Below are positions 38,317-49,614 of a stretch of 53,575 bases of DNA, in pieces. Position 1 is the first letter of the stretch; each line of letters opens with the position of its first letter. Both the position numbers and the translations under genes were made by a program. The DNA comes from a bacterium (GTDB lineage: Bacteria > SZUA-182 > DTGQ01 > JAFGSM01): assembly GCA_049472335.1 (NCBI GenBank), contig JBLIRO010000034.1, positions 1 through 53,575 of the forward strand, read 5' to 3'. Under the pieces are notes generated by a model. It did no database searches. It saw only the letters and a program-made list of their open reading frames with translations, and was not told the DNA's origin.

Positions 38317-41300
38317 CAAAATCGCCTTTGATGCGTGAAAATCTCATAGCGGGTATAGACATTGGCACCACATCCATTGCCGTTGTTTTACTGGACAGCA
38401 ACTGTTCGGTCGTTTTCAAAGATTATCAATTCCACAATGGAAATGTCTATGTAGAACTGGAAGACATGATCCGTAAATTCCCGGTTCAAAACCTGACTAC
38501 AATGGGTGTGATTTCCGAGAAGGGTCGCGAATTCTTCAAGACCGGTGTCGAGGTCAATGAGCAGGTGGCTATCATTAAGGGTGTCAAGCATTATGTCCCG
38601 AACCCGGGCTCCATCATCACCATGGGTGGCGAGACCTTTGGCCTCATCCTGTTTGACCAGGATGGACAGTACAAAAAATACATTGCCAACCCTGCCTGTG
38701 CCGCAGGTACTGGTTCCTTTCTGGACCAGCAGGCTGCACGGCTCGGATTGTCCCGAAGCGCTCAACTGAGCAAACTTGCCCAAAACTATCAGGGAGTACC
38801 GCCCAAAATTGCCACGCGCTGTGCGGTTTTTGCTAAGACCGATCTGATGCACATGCAACAGCAAGGATATAGATTACCAGCGATCGCTGCCGGCCTCTGT
38901 CACGGAGTGGCCCGGAATATCAGCAATACCCTTTTTCACGGCATAGAGTTGCTTGAGCCGATTGTGGTAGTCGGTGGAGTCAGCAAGAATAAAAAGGTCG
39001 TTCAATATCTGGAAGAGGAAGTACACTTCCCCCTGAAAATTCCCCCGAACAGTGAATACATAGGGTCCATCGGAGCCGCACTGGCAGCTGCCTGTCAATA
39101 CAAAGCCCTCAAACTACGAACTTCCATTGCCTTAAATAGCCTGCTTAACCGCCCATCCACTTCAAAATCATACTTTAATGCACCCCTTTTGGAAACAAAG
39201 GGCCGGGTCCCAGACTTTTCTGCATGGCAGTCTTATATGCAATATAATGTCGAAGTGGATATTTATGAAGCGCTTTGCAGGGATACGGTACTTGATTGTT
39301 ATCTTGGGATTGATATCGGTTCGACAAGCACAAAAGCAATACTCATGAATGGCCAGAAAGCTGTAGTGGTGGGCCTGTATACACGGACTGGCGGACAGCC
39401 GATTATCGCTTTACAGAAAATCACCAGGGCCATAGAAGACCTGGAAAAACGTTTTGCGGTTCGATTTTCTCTGCTTGGAACCGGCACTACAGGATCAGGC
39501 CGCAAATTCATTCAAAAGTTGGCAAAGGCTGAATATTGTGTTGATGAGATTACCGCCCATGCCAGGGCTGCATATCACTTGAGACCTGAAATTGATACTA
39601 TCATTGAAATCGGCGGCCAGGATGCAAAATTTACTGTAATGTACAACGGAACAGTCACCTTCTCCGTGATGAATTATGTCTGTGCAGCTGGTACCGGCAG
39701 CTTCATCGAGGAGCAGGCACGGTGGCTCGGTGTCTTCCTTAATGATTTTGCAGCTCTGGCCGAAGGGCATCCAGCACCCTTGATCAGCGACCGGTGCACC
39801 GTCTTTATGCAGCGGGACCTAAATCATTTGCTCAGCGTAGGTTATAGTCGCGAGGAGCTTCTGGCTGCGACACTCCATTCGGTCCGGGATAATTATTTGT
39901 CAAAGGTGGCACATGTTAATAAAATCGGCGAACATATAACCTTTCAGGGTGCAACAGCTAAGAATCATGCCCTTGTCAAGGCATTTGAACAGAAATTACA
40001 AAGGCCTATCTATGTTTCAAAATTCTGCCACCTCACCGGGGCACTTGGCGTTTGCCTCAAAATGGCGGATGCGGCATTTTCGGAAAAGTCCCATTTCAGG
40101 AAGGACCTGCATACCGAGAAGATCGTTGCAGGTGAATATGTCTGCAGCTATTGTAATAATCATTGCAAGGTGAAGACTATCGAAATTAACGGCGAATCTT
40201 TGGGATGGGGATATCTCTGCGGCAGGGATGAAAAGAATCCCAAGTATCGAAAAAGAGAGCGATCCGGGTTTGATCTGCTTCGAGACCATCGCAAGGTTTT
40301 CACAATTTCCAAAGACACCGGACAGTCAAAAACGCCGGCAGGTGTTCACTGGTTTCATGAATTCAAACAGGGAGGGATACGATCCGTTATACGCCGTCCA
40401 GGGATTTCCCTGGCCCGCATCCGGAACCGCATCCAGTTCAATGTGCTTGAGATGCGTGGAGAGATCTTCTCATCAGGGATTTTCCCACGACAAAAGAAAA
40501 ACACTCATACCCCATCTTTGAAAATCGGGCTGCCCGCCACCTTGACCCTTCTTGAATATCTTCCCTTATGGGAACTTTTTTTTAAGCGGCTCGGATTCAC
40601 AACTATCGTTTCCTCTATGAAGGAAAACCATATCACGGCAGGCAGAGAAATTACAGGGGCGGATTTCTGCGCCCCGATCACGGACTACCACGATCATATC
40701 AGGGATCTGAGCCAGAAGGTGGATTATATCTTTTATCCCCAGCTTTTTGAAAATATCAATGAGAATGAAAAAAAGGCCTACTGTTATTACTGCCATTATT
40801 CTGTCCCCATGATTCAAAACATACCCGGACTGGACCTTGGCCCAAAGATCATTGCTCCGGTCCTGGACCTGAATAAAAATATTGATGAAACCATACGAAC
40901 GGTATACCTCCATCTGCCGGATGCCATAAAAAGTAAGACCACATTTTCCAGCTTTGAAGAGGCATTCACTCTGGCCTGGGATTGGTACCGGGAAAGAAAA
41001 GCGGATTTGCAGTATCTATTCCGTGACCAAGTGGGCGCTTCCAACGATATCGGCGTGGTCCTTATGGGGCGTCCTTATCTGATTTTGCATCCTACACTCA
41101 ACAAAAGGATTCCTGATAAGCTTGCTGAAATGGGTATTCAGTCCTTTTATATGGATATGATCCCCACCGATGATGAAACAGTAGATGCAGCCCGGGACTT
41201 TATCCGGCTGAACCACTGGCATTATGGCAACCTTATCATTAAAAGCGCCGAGAGGGTTGCGCAGATTGAAGGGCTATTCCCCATATATGTCACTGCGTTC

Positions 41301-42665
41301 AAATGTGCTCCCGATTCTTTCATTATTGAATATTTCAAGGCCATTATGGACTACTATCAAAAACCCTACCTGATCCTGCAGATGGATGAACATGTGGCTG
41401 CTGAAGGTTATGATACTCGTCTGGAAGCGGCTGTTGAAACCTTCCGTCATTTTAGGACTGGGAAAAAACGGCAACACCGACCTACCATCACATTGAAGAA
41501 TGCGTTTGAGGATAAAACCTATCTGATCCCTGGGTATGATCTACTTAGCGCCAGGTTGATTCAGGGTGCCTTTACCCACGCTCGTATCAAGGCCCTTGTC
41601 ATTGAGCAAACTCCCGATATCATCTCCCAGAGCCTCCAGATTAATGATGGGCAGTGTCTGCCTGTGAGCATATTGACCCAGGGGATAAGGCATACGATAC
41701 ACAGCCACGGTTTAAATCCTAAACAAATAGCTTTTTTTTGTAACAGCGAAGCCGAACTGGCATGCAACCTGCCCCAGTATCCGGTAATGATCAAACAGAC
41801 CCTTGAAAAGATGGGCAAGGGTATGGAAAAGGTAGATATCCTGGTAACTCGATTTCTCCCCACAGACTTACCGCTGGTACTTATCTATGAAATCTATATG
41901 GCTTATGCACTGGCGGGTCTGGTGCAAAAGATAACCCATAAAATTCGTCCACGGGAAAAAACAGCCGGTATAGCCGACCGGTACTTTTATATGGCATCGG
42001 AGAGACTATTTGAATGTTTTGCTGCAGGCACATCAAAGGAAGAGACCTTCAAGCAGGCAGTTCAAGATTTCCTGACGATTGACACATACAGCGATGTCCT
42101 GCCCCAGGTGGGCATCGTGGGTGACCTGTATGTTCGGGACAACGATACCTTCAATCAAGGCCTGGTCAGGCATTGTGAAAAAAAAGGGGCCGAAGTAATT
42201 ACCGTTCCTTTTCTTGACACACTGAACCTGCTAAAGAAAAAACATTTTCAGACCCAGTGGGAAGACGGCCGGTATATCCATCTGCTAAGGGACAAGGTCG
42301 CCTTCAATATGCTCACGGTATTTAATCGCAGATTAAACGAAATTACAAAACCGATTCTGGATGACCTTTCCTCCGGATACGACCGTGACCCTCTGGATTA
42401 TCTGCAGAAACGCTGTTTCACCATCAAACATGGGGGCGAGACCTCTGAGAATCTCCTTAAGGTGTATTATCTCAGAGACAATTATCCGGAGTTGAAGCTC
42501 ATCATTAATGCCAATCCCATTTTTTGTTGTCCGGGATTGATCAGTGAAGCTATTTACAAGAAGGTAGAAAAAGAGATCGGGATACCCATAGTATCTATCA
42601 CCTACGACGGGACTCAGGAAGATAAGAACAAGGTCCTGAACCCTTACCTGTATTTTCTAAAATAA
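38313..42665 (+). CDS. Fused double ASKHA activase + DUF2229/dehydratase-like protein (PlsA/Ger-like CoA-substrate-specific enzyme activase)
   Basis: Two GIDIG(T/S)TS...CAAGTG...RC(A/T)VF activase domains and a CxxCxxxC linker, then FCAP, GRPY, FKCAPD, GQCLP and FCCPG motifs; 1450 aa. GTGA overlap with the upstream gene. Confidence 0.85.
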   Translation: MTKSPLMRENLIAGIDIGTTSIAVVLLDSNCSVVFKDYQFHNGNVYVELEDMIRKFPVQNLTTMGVISEKGREFFKTGVEVNEQVAIIKGVKHYVPNPGSIITMGGETFGLILFDQDGQYKKYIANPACAAGTGSFLDQQAARLGLSRSAQLSKLAQNYQGVPPKIATRCAVFAKTDLMHMQQQGYRLPAIAAGLCHGVARNISNTLFHGIELLEPIVVVGGVSKNKKVVQYLEEEVHFPLKIPPNSEYIGSIGAALAAACQYKALKLRTSIALNSLLNRPSTSKSYFNAPLLETKGRVPDFSAWQSYMQYNVEVDIYEALCRDTVLDCYLGIDIGSTSTKAILMNGQKAVVVGLYTRTGGQPIIALQKITRAIEDLEKRFAVRFSLLGTGTTGSGRKFIQKLAKAEYCVDEITAHARAAYHLRPEIDTIIEIGGQDAKFTVMYNGTVTFSVMNYVCAAGTGSFIEEQARWLGVFLNDFAALAEGHPAPLISDRCTVFMQRDLNHLLSVGYSREELLAATLHSVRDNYLSKVAHVNKIGEHITFQGATAKNHALVKAFEQKLQRPIYVSKFCHLTGALGVCLKMADAAFSEKSHFRKDLHTEKIVAGEYVCSYCNNHCKVKTIEINGESLGWGYLCGRDEKNPKYRKRERSGFDLLRDHRKVFTISKDTGQSKTPAGVHWFHEFKQGGIRSVIRRPGISLARIRNRIQFNVLEMRGEIFSSGIFPRQKKNTHTPSLKIGLPATLTLLEYLPLWELFFKRLGFTTIVSSMKENHITAGREITGADFCAPITDYHDHIRDLSQKVDYIFYPQLFENINENEKKAYCYYCHYSVPMIQNIPGLDLGPKIIAPVLDLNKNIDETIRTVYLHLPDAIKSKTTFSSFEEAFTLAWDWYRERKADLQYLFRDQVGASNDIGVVLMGRPYLILHPTLNKRIPDKLAEMGIQSFYMDMIPTDDETVDAARDFIRLNHWHYGNLIIKSAERVAQIEGLFPIYVTAFKCAPDSFIIEYFKAIMDYYQKPYLILQMDEHVAAEGYDTRLEAAVETFRHFRTGKKRQHRPTITLKNAFEDKTYLIPGYDLLSARLIQGAFTHARIKALVIEQTPDIISQSLQINDGQCLPVSILTQGIRHTIHSHGLNPKQIAFFCNSEAELACNLPQYPVMIKQTLEKMGKGMEKVDILVTRFLPTDLPLVLIYEIYMAYALAGLVQKITHKIRPREKTAGIADRYFYMASERLFECFAAGTSKEETFKQAVQDFLTIDTYSDVLPQVGIVGDLYVRDNDTFNQGLVRHCEKKGAEVITVPFLDTLNLLKKKHFQTQWEDGRYIHLLRDKVAFNMLTVFNRRLNEITKPILDDLSSGYDRDPLDYLQKRCFTIKHGGETSENLLKVYYLRDNYPELKLIINANPIFCCPGLISEAIYKKVEKEIGIPIVSITYDGTQEDKNKVLNPYLYFLK

Positions 42666-42774
42666 TGTGAGTATTCGTTAACACTGCCTTGATCATGTTA
42701 TTGCTTTGAATAATGATCACTTGAAAAACATATTAGCAAAATTCATGCGGATGAGTGATATTCAATTATTTTAA

Positions 42775-44526
42775 TTAGTCAACTGGCAAATGTATTTTTA
42801 CAGTAGTACCCTTACCTTCTTGACTATCGATTTTTATCTTTCCATTGTGCAACTCTATTAATCCTAAAACGATTGAAAGCCCCAGGCCCGTTCTTTCAGA
42901 TGATTTTGAATAAAACGGCTCGAATAAATGAGGCATATCTTCCCTTTTAATCCCTATTCCACTGTCCTGAATCGCTATTTGCACCCAATTTTGGGTTATC
43001 TTATCTTCAATTTTTTCCCGGATGAAATCTGTTTTAATGATAATATTCCCACCCTCCGTCATCGCATCAATCGCATTAAGCAAAACATTCAGGAAGACCT
43101 GCTGCATTTTAGAAACATCAATCAAAACAGAGGGAATATCCGGATTAAAGGATTTCTCAATCGTTATCTTGCTGGTCCTTATTTCTTTACTCAATAATTT
43201 TAATGTTTCATTAATGGGGTAATGGATATCTTCCCTTGTGGTTCGGAAGACTTTAGGTTTGCCAAAATCCGTCAAATTTTCAAGAAGTTTTTCTAATCGT
43301 TGAACCTCATGGATTACACTTTCCATGTCTTGAAATATATCATCCCCTACCTTGTTTTGTTTCAAACGCTCCATCATTGATTGTGTCATCAGTCCAATAC
43401 TTACAAGGGGATTCTTGATCTCATGCACAATAGACGCAGCAAGCTTGCCCATCAACTGAAGTCTTCCATGATGTTGCAGCTCTTGTTCGATTTTTAATTC
43501 TTTTGCGATCTCCGCTTTCTTATATTCGATGATACGTCCTAACCGCTCGGCAACTGCATCAATCAAGCTTCTTTCCTCCTTGAGGAAAGGTCCCTCATCG
43601 CTTTCCGGTTTTTTCTCTAAGTAAAAGACATCTAAAGCACCTATCCGTTGCCCATATACCATAATATCGCTCGTCTGTTTCCAAATGGTCTCCTGGAAAT
43701 TTTTTGTGCACCACTTCTGTCCTTCCAGGAAGATTCGGGCGCAGGCAATCTCTGAATATTGCCAGGAAGGAGGGATGATATCCACTATTCTTTGAATGAT
43801 TTCCTCTAAAGAAATCCAGGATTTCTCAACAATATTGGAAATGGCATAGAGGCAATTCAGCTCCTTTATCCGTTTGATGAGATCATGTGTCCTCTTCTCA
43901 AGTTCCTCTTCCACTTTCTTCCGCTCTGTAATATCCAGGAGTGCTGTTCTAAATTGTTTATACTCCCCGTCACTATCCGCAATTGCGATGCTTTCCAGTT
44001 GAGCATGAAAAGGTCTGCCGTCTTTCTTTACCATTAGCAGTTCGCAAGTCTGTTTGCGTGTGGTCTCAAAAATCTGTTTGCAATGCAGATAAAACATGTC
44101 CTGGCTTTCTTTGGCAATAAAACGGGAAAAAGGGGTCCTCAACAAATTATACCTCTCAACGCCTAATAACCAGGCGCCGGTCAGATTTGCCTCAAGGATC
44201 TGTCCGTTTTGGTCAATGCCCAGATATCCAATGGGAGCAAAATCATAAAGGTCCACATATCTTTCCTGTGACTCCAGAAGTTTTTCATGGGCATTGCGAA
44301 GCTCTTCATTTTGCATCTCCAATTCAATTTGATGGACCTCCAGTTCGTGAAGCAGTTTATGATACTCATCCCTCTGCCCTTTTTGAGCGCCCTCGTTTTT
44401 TTGACCTAATATTGCTTCAGCCTGCCTGCGTAATTTGTCGAATCTTTCGGATTTGCGTCGATCCTTTTCCATGACCAATCCATTCTCTAACGGTTTGCTT
44501 TTATTGACAATCGTTGAATTACTCAA
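42775..44526 (-). CDS. Cytoplasmic PAS-domain sensor histidine kinase
   Basis: ELEVHQIELEMQNEEL coiled coil, PAS (DFAPIGY), HEIKNPL H-box, N/G1/F/G2 boxes. Confidence 0.92.
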   Translation of the reverse strand: MSNSTIVNKSKPLENGLVMEKDRRKSERFDKLRRQAEAILGQKNEGAQKGQRDEYHKLLHELEVHQIELEMQNEELRNAHEKLLESQERYVDLYDFAPIGYLGIDQNGQILEANLTGAWLLGVERYNLLRTPFSRFIAKESQDMFYLHCKQIFETTRKQTCELLMVKKDGRPFHAQLESIAIADSDGEYKQFRTALLDITERKKVEEELEKRTHDLIKRIKELNCLYAISNIVEKSWISLEEIIQRIVDIIPPSWQYSEIACARIFLEGQKWCTKNFQETIWKQTSDIMVYGQRIGALDVFYLEKKPESDEGPFLKEERSLIDAVAERLGRIIEYKKAEIAKELKIEQELQHHGRLQLMGKLAASIVHEIKNPLVSIGLMTQSMMERLKQNKVGDDIFQDMESVIHEVQRLEKLLENLTDFGKPKVFRTTREDIHYPINETLKLLSKEIRTSKITIEKSFNPDIPSVLIDVSKMQQVFLNVLLNAIDAMTEGGNIIIKTDFIREKIEDKITQNWVQIAIQDSGIGIKREDMPHLFEPFYSKSSERTGLGLSIVLGLIELHNGKIKIDSQEGKGTTVKIHLPVD

Positions 44527-47500
44527 TTCCCTTTTATACTGCTTATGTCCTCAATGGCAAGAAGTATTAAATGGGCATCCGGCTCTTTCTTGTAAATCTT
44601 ACGGGCGTTGAGGATCATCTTTTTTTGCCCGATCATAGGAAAATCGTGCTCAACCTCATAATTTTCAAAAATGGTATTACTGGGGATGATCTTTTCCAGA
44701 AGCTCCCGGAGTCGCGGAATATCCCACTGTCCATTGCCGATTTCATAAATCAGACGTCCTTCCGTATCTTCAGGCATGACTCGAAATGTGGTATAAAAGG
44801 AACGATTACACGAGATGATCCTTAGGTCTTTGTCCATCACAATGAGTGATTCCCGAACTGTATTTAAGATATTCTCGTAATATTCGCGGGCATGATCCAT
44901 CTCTTCGGTTAATTTAAAGAGTCTTTCTGTGGCTTCCTTCTGTTTTTGAATATCCACAAAGGTCATCACCACGCCGTCGATAACATTCTCTGTTGTACGA
45001 TATGGGGTCATCCGCATAAAGTAACAATGACCGTCCATTGTTTGAACCTCTTTTTCTATGGGCGTCAGGTTTTTTAATACCTCTGTCGCATCTTCCATCA
45101 ATTTCTCGTATTTCAGATTAGACACAATGTGACTTAAAGGGCGTCCGATATCCGCCTGGATCAGGTTGATGATTTGGTTTGACTGCGTGGTGAAACGCCT
45201 GACACAAAAATGATTATCCAGAAATATCGTGGCAATTTCTATGCTTTCAAACAGATTCCTCATGTCATTATTGATCGTGGACAGGTCATCGTTCCTGCCC
45301 TGAAGTTCCATGTTTACGGTGGATAGTTCCTCATTCAGGGATTGCAGTTCTTCTTTTGAGGTCTCCAGTTCTTCGTTGGTGCTTTGTAATTCCTCGTTGG
45401 TTGATTGCAGTTCTTCATTTGCCGATTTGAGCTCTTCATTGGCTGTTTCCAGTTCTTCAATAGTGGCGTGAAGACTTTCTTTTGTAAACCTTAATTCCTC
45501 CTCCATCTCCGTAATTTGATGATCATCCTCTCGGGTTTTACGACCCCTTTTTTTTACTGATCTCTTCTGGGGAGACGTCGCCTCTTCAAAGACCACCATC
45601 ATCAATCCCTGCCTGGCTTTGGTTTCTTTAAAGGGTTTAACGGTTAAATTGATTAATTGGAAATCCCCGTTGGTTCTGACTTCAAGGTTGTTTTTGGTGA
45701 TCCCCTCTTTTTTTGAAATAGCTCTGCGAATGAGAGAGGCCAATTCGAGTTTCAAACCCTCCCGGATCATCTCGAATATGTTCAGACTGGCTTTTCCGGA
45801 GGCGGGTTCCAGATATTTGCCCGTTCGACCATGAAAATAAATAATCTCCCCTTTTTCATCGATAATTACGCATGGGGGGGCAAACTCTTCCAGTAATGTC
45901 CTTTCGACCAATCCGGACATATTGATGGGCTGGAGGGTTTCTAATGCCAGAGGTATTTCAACCTTCCTAATACCTCCATCTGGAAATCGATGGGGAAAAT
46001 CCACAATGTGGCGTAACATAAGAGACGTTTCCTTGCATTGAAAAATCTTCCATTTCTTATTGATTATAGAGAAAAGATCTCCGAACCCGGTGATGGTTTC
46101 GGAAGATCCCAGGAATAGAATCCCACCGGGTTTTAACGCGTAATGGAAAATTGGCAAAAGCTTTTTCTGTAGCTCGGCATCCAGATAAATCAGGAAATTC
46201 CTGCAGCAAATCAGATCCAGTTTGGTAAAGGGGGGATCTTTCACGATGTTCTGGATCGAAAAAATCGCCATTTCCCTGATCTCCTGGCAGATGTGGTATG
46301 TATTGCCCTGCTTTACAAAAAATCGCATTAAACGCTCCGGGCTTACGTCAGCGGAAATGTTCTCTGGATAAATCCCTGTTCGGGCTGTATTAATGGCATC
46401 TTTATCGATGTCTGTCCCAAAAATCTGCACCCCAGATTTTCGCTTGAGCGTATCCAGACATTCCCTGATCACGATGGCAACAGAATAAACCTCTTCACCG
46501 CTTGAGCAGCCGGCAACCCACACCCGCAACTTATCACCGTCGGATTTTTTCGCAAAAAGCTTCGGCAATGCATCTTTCCCTATGACTTCAAAGGCATCGG
46601 GATCCCTGAAAAAACTGGTTACGCCAATCAAAAGGTCTTTGAAAAGGATGTCTATTTCATTGGGGTTTTGCTGGAGATAACGAACATAATCCGAAATTCT
46701 ATCGATCTGGTGGATATTGATCCGCCTTTCAATTCGCCGGTAAATGGTATTTTTCTTGTAAAAAGAAAAATCATGCCCTGTTTGAGCCCGTATGAGATAT
46801 ATGATCTTCTGTAAGGCATGAGCACCTTTTTCCGTAACAGGTAAAATCTTTTCTCTGACAGTCGGGTGCGTGTGGTTTACATATTTTATAAGTTGATCAG
46901 GCATTTTCTCCACAGGCAAGATATAATCCACAAGTCCCGTTTCCGTGGCACTTCTGGGCATGGAATCATATTCAGCAGTCTTTGCATCCTGGGCCATCAC
47001 CATCCCCAGTTTCGCCTTGATCGCTCTCAAGCCATGAGTTCCGTCTGTTCCGGTTCCGGAAAGAATAATCCCAATCGCCCTTTCTCCCTGGTCTTCAGCC
47101 AAAGACTGGAAAAAAAAGTCAATTGGCAACCTTGAACCATGAGGTTTTACCGGAGCTATGAGCTGAAGCGTTCCTTGCAGGATGGCGATGTTTTTATTCG
47201 GCGGGATGACGTATATACAATTCGGTTTTACATGCATCCCCTCATCTGCCTGGCACACCTCCATTTTGGTATATTTTTTTAACAGCTCAGGCATCAAGCT
47301 ATGGTGGGTGGGGGAAAGATGCGTAATCAGTACAAATGCCATCCCACTCTCAGACGGCATACCCTGAAAAAAACGCCCAAAGGCATCCAACCCCCCGGCA
47401 GAAGCACCCATGCCTGCAATAAAAAAAACTTTGTCTTTTTTTATCCGGGGAGAAGTCTTTTCTGCGGTTGAAGGAAGCGTTTTATTTGGAGGAGATTGAA

Positions 47501-47566
47501 TCGTTTCTTCCTTGACAGCCTTTTGGGGAGCCTTCTTTTGCTTCGCGTTCTTTTTCCTTACCCCAT
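44523..47566 (-). CDS. CheB-CheR-PAS fusion protein; 5' end apparently frameshifted
   Basis: GASAGG, H-L-S-P, ILSGTGTDG (CheB); GVTSFFRD, GCSSGEE, CRNFLIY (CheR); NEELQS heptads; PAS. The ORF-track start 47411 lies inside the CheB fold. The SD-linked ATG at 47566 is out of frame by 1 nt. Confidence 0.85.
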
Positions 47567-47663
47567 GAAAGTATCCCCTTTCTGAGGTGATCGGCTACAT
47601 AAAACTTGTGTATATAATACTATTATAAAACATATAATAATTTTAGCAAGCTTGCAAAGATTG

Positions 47664-47824
47664 GTACCTACTCAAAAACCGTGTGGTCTTGGAGTAGGTA
47701 ATGCAAATTGCAAATTGCAAAATGAAAAATGAAAATTTAAGGAATACATTATCTTGCATTTTAAAATTTGCATTTTGCAATTTGCAATTTTTCTCAAGAT
47801 CCCACCAGGATTTTGAGAAGTTAC
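47664..47824. mobile_element. 161-bp palindromic MITE-like element with 8-bp target duplication
   Basis: TIRs GTACCTACTCAAAAACC / GTAACTTCTCAAAATCC (rc). AAAGATTG is repeated at 47656-63 and 47825-32. Internal inverted TGCAAAT heptamers. Confidence 0.75.
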
Positions 47825-47843
47825 AAAGATTGCATCTAAGGCT

Positions 47844-49325
47844 TTAATTAATAATGCTGATTTTATTGATGATAGAAAAATTGTCAGGGGCCCTTAATCT
47901 CACCAGGTGTTCAGCTCTATCTTTTTGTTCCAGGTCTTTTACGTCACCTCGAATGGTTACGGTTTTATGGGGCCGATCCACCGATATTTGGAATATGCTG
48001 TTCCCTATATCCATATTCCAATGTAAGATGTCAGATGGATCTCTATTTTTTTTCATACCAGTGGATCTATTATAAGATGCCTTGGACCCTTCAATCTGAA
48101 GATGACTGAAAACTTCTTTAATGCCACTGATATTCCTTATGATTCCTTTTAACATTACCTTCTCTGCGATAGTAGCAATTTTCCCCTCCAGGGTGACATC
48201 ACCTGCATTACATGTGACGAGGATATCCAGAACCGCAAGATTTGGTTTAGACTGCAGAAACCGCTCAATATCCTTTATAATGTGCCCATCACTTCGAATC
48301 GTTTCTTGGGCAATTAAGGCATTATCAATAAATTGTACACCAGGAACATTTAGGATATCCTGATCCAGAAAAGATTTCTGATATACATCTTGAACATTAC
48401 CATTCAATGTCACAATCCCATCCTTAACAAAAATATCAAAATGCGGTGGATCAATCCTGTCATCTAATCTAATGGTATCATTAATAGCCTTCTCAATCTC
48501 CAAGTCCTGAAAATCAAAATCGCTCCTCTGTGCATGTCTGGTTGACAATTCCCCTATTGTAAGTTGATTCTCTATCTCTTTTACCCCCAGTGTCGAAACT
48601 TTCGCAGATGCCAATACCTTTTCTGATGCTGTATCAACTACTCCCTGAAGGAGAACTCGTCCTTGCTGGATTTCTACTATAATTGTATTATTAAAAAGAT
48701 ATTCATCACCGCGTACCATGGCCTTTATGGCATCCATTAACTCTAAATTTGAAAGTATGATATGAGAATTGATCAAGAGATCACTTTTTACTGTCACAAC
48801 CCCTGCGATTCCTTTGGTTACATTTTCGGCCTCTTCTTTTTCCCAGGAATTTGCCACTGATCCACTCAATGTCACGACTGCATCCAAAACTTTTATTGTA
48901 ATCCTTGGGGCATAGACACTTGGATTATCCAAAAATGATACGACAATATCGTCTCTTATATCTTTATCTCCTCTGAGTATTGGTGTTAATATAGTATTAT
49001 CTATGACTCCTCTCACACCTTTAACTGTTTTAATAATGGCTATTATCTTTTCCCTGTCTCTTAAACTATTTACTGACCCTGATATATTAACAATACCGCA
49101 ATATAATTTAATATTAATCTTGTCAAATATTTCTGGATTGTATTCAGATATCATTTCATTAATGGATTGCATAATGTTATTATCTAAAATTTCTATCTCG
49201 GATTCAGATATACCACTTCCAAAACATCTTCTTGATATAAATGCATTGATATCGTTAGATTTTAAAATAAATAATAATGTTGAAAATATAACTATTAGAT
49301 TAAATATTAGTATTTTAGTTTTCAT
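47844..49325 (-). CDS. Secreted multi-BON-domain protein (~6 BON repeats)
   Basis: Repeated D..I...I...V..G.V.L.G.V......A......GV..V.N.L pattern; signal peptide; SD GAGGAG. Confidence 0.85.
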   Translation of the reverse strand: MKTKILIFNLIVIFSTLLFILKSNDINAFISRRCFGSGISESEIEILDNNIMQSINEMISEYNPEIFDKINIKLYCGIVNISGSVNSLRDREKIIAIIKTVKGVRGVIDNTILTPILRGDKDIRDDIVVSFLDNPSVYAPRITIKVLDAVVTLSGSVANSWEKEEAENVTKGIAGVVTVKSDLLINSHIILSNLELMDAIKAMVRGDEYLFNNTIIVEIQQGRVLLQGVVDTASEKVLASAKVSTLGVKEIENQLTIGELSTRHAQRSDFDFQDLEIEKAINDTIRLDDRIDPPHFDIFVKDGIVTLNGNVQDVYQKSFLDQDILNVPGVQFIDNALIAQETIRSDGHIIKDIERFLQSKPNLAVLDILVTCNAGDVTLEGKIATIAEKVMLKGIIRNISGIKEVFSHLQIEGSKASYNRSTGMKKNRDPSDILHWNMDIGNSIFQISVDRPHKTVTIRGDVKDLEQKDRAEHLVRLRAPDNFSIINKISIIN

Positions 49326-49541
49326 TGGTTAATTCTCCTCTTTTTTTCAATTTTTTGTTAATTGATAATTTTAATAATTGAACTAAATTATATGAATAAA
49401 TATTAGTAATCAATTCATTGTTATCTTCTTTTCATTTATTAAAATAATAAAACATATTTAGTTAGTAATTGATGTTAATATTAAAATTAACTTATGTTTT
49501 TAATAATTTATCTTTTCTATGTTATCTAGGAATAAAATTGT

Positions 49542-49614
49542 TTGATTATCAGGGAAGCAAATGATTTGATTTTTTTGGAAAGCAAATGATTTGATTATCT
49601 GAGAAGCAAATTAT
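49542..49614. repeat. Three tandem 24-25 bp repeats
   Basis: TTGATTATCAGGGAAGCAAATGAT / TTGATTTTTTTGGAAAGCAAATGAT / TTGATTATCTGAGAAGCAAATTAT. Confidence 0.75.

Noticed and set aside
9422..49614. Short repeat clusters (9422, 15910, 49542) as CRISPR arrays
   Set aside because: Only 2-3 units each, no unique spacers of regular length, and no cas genes.
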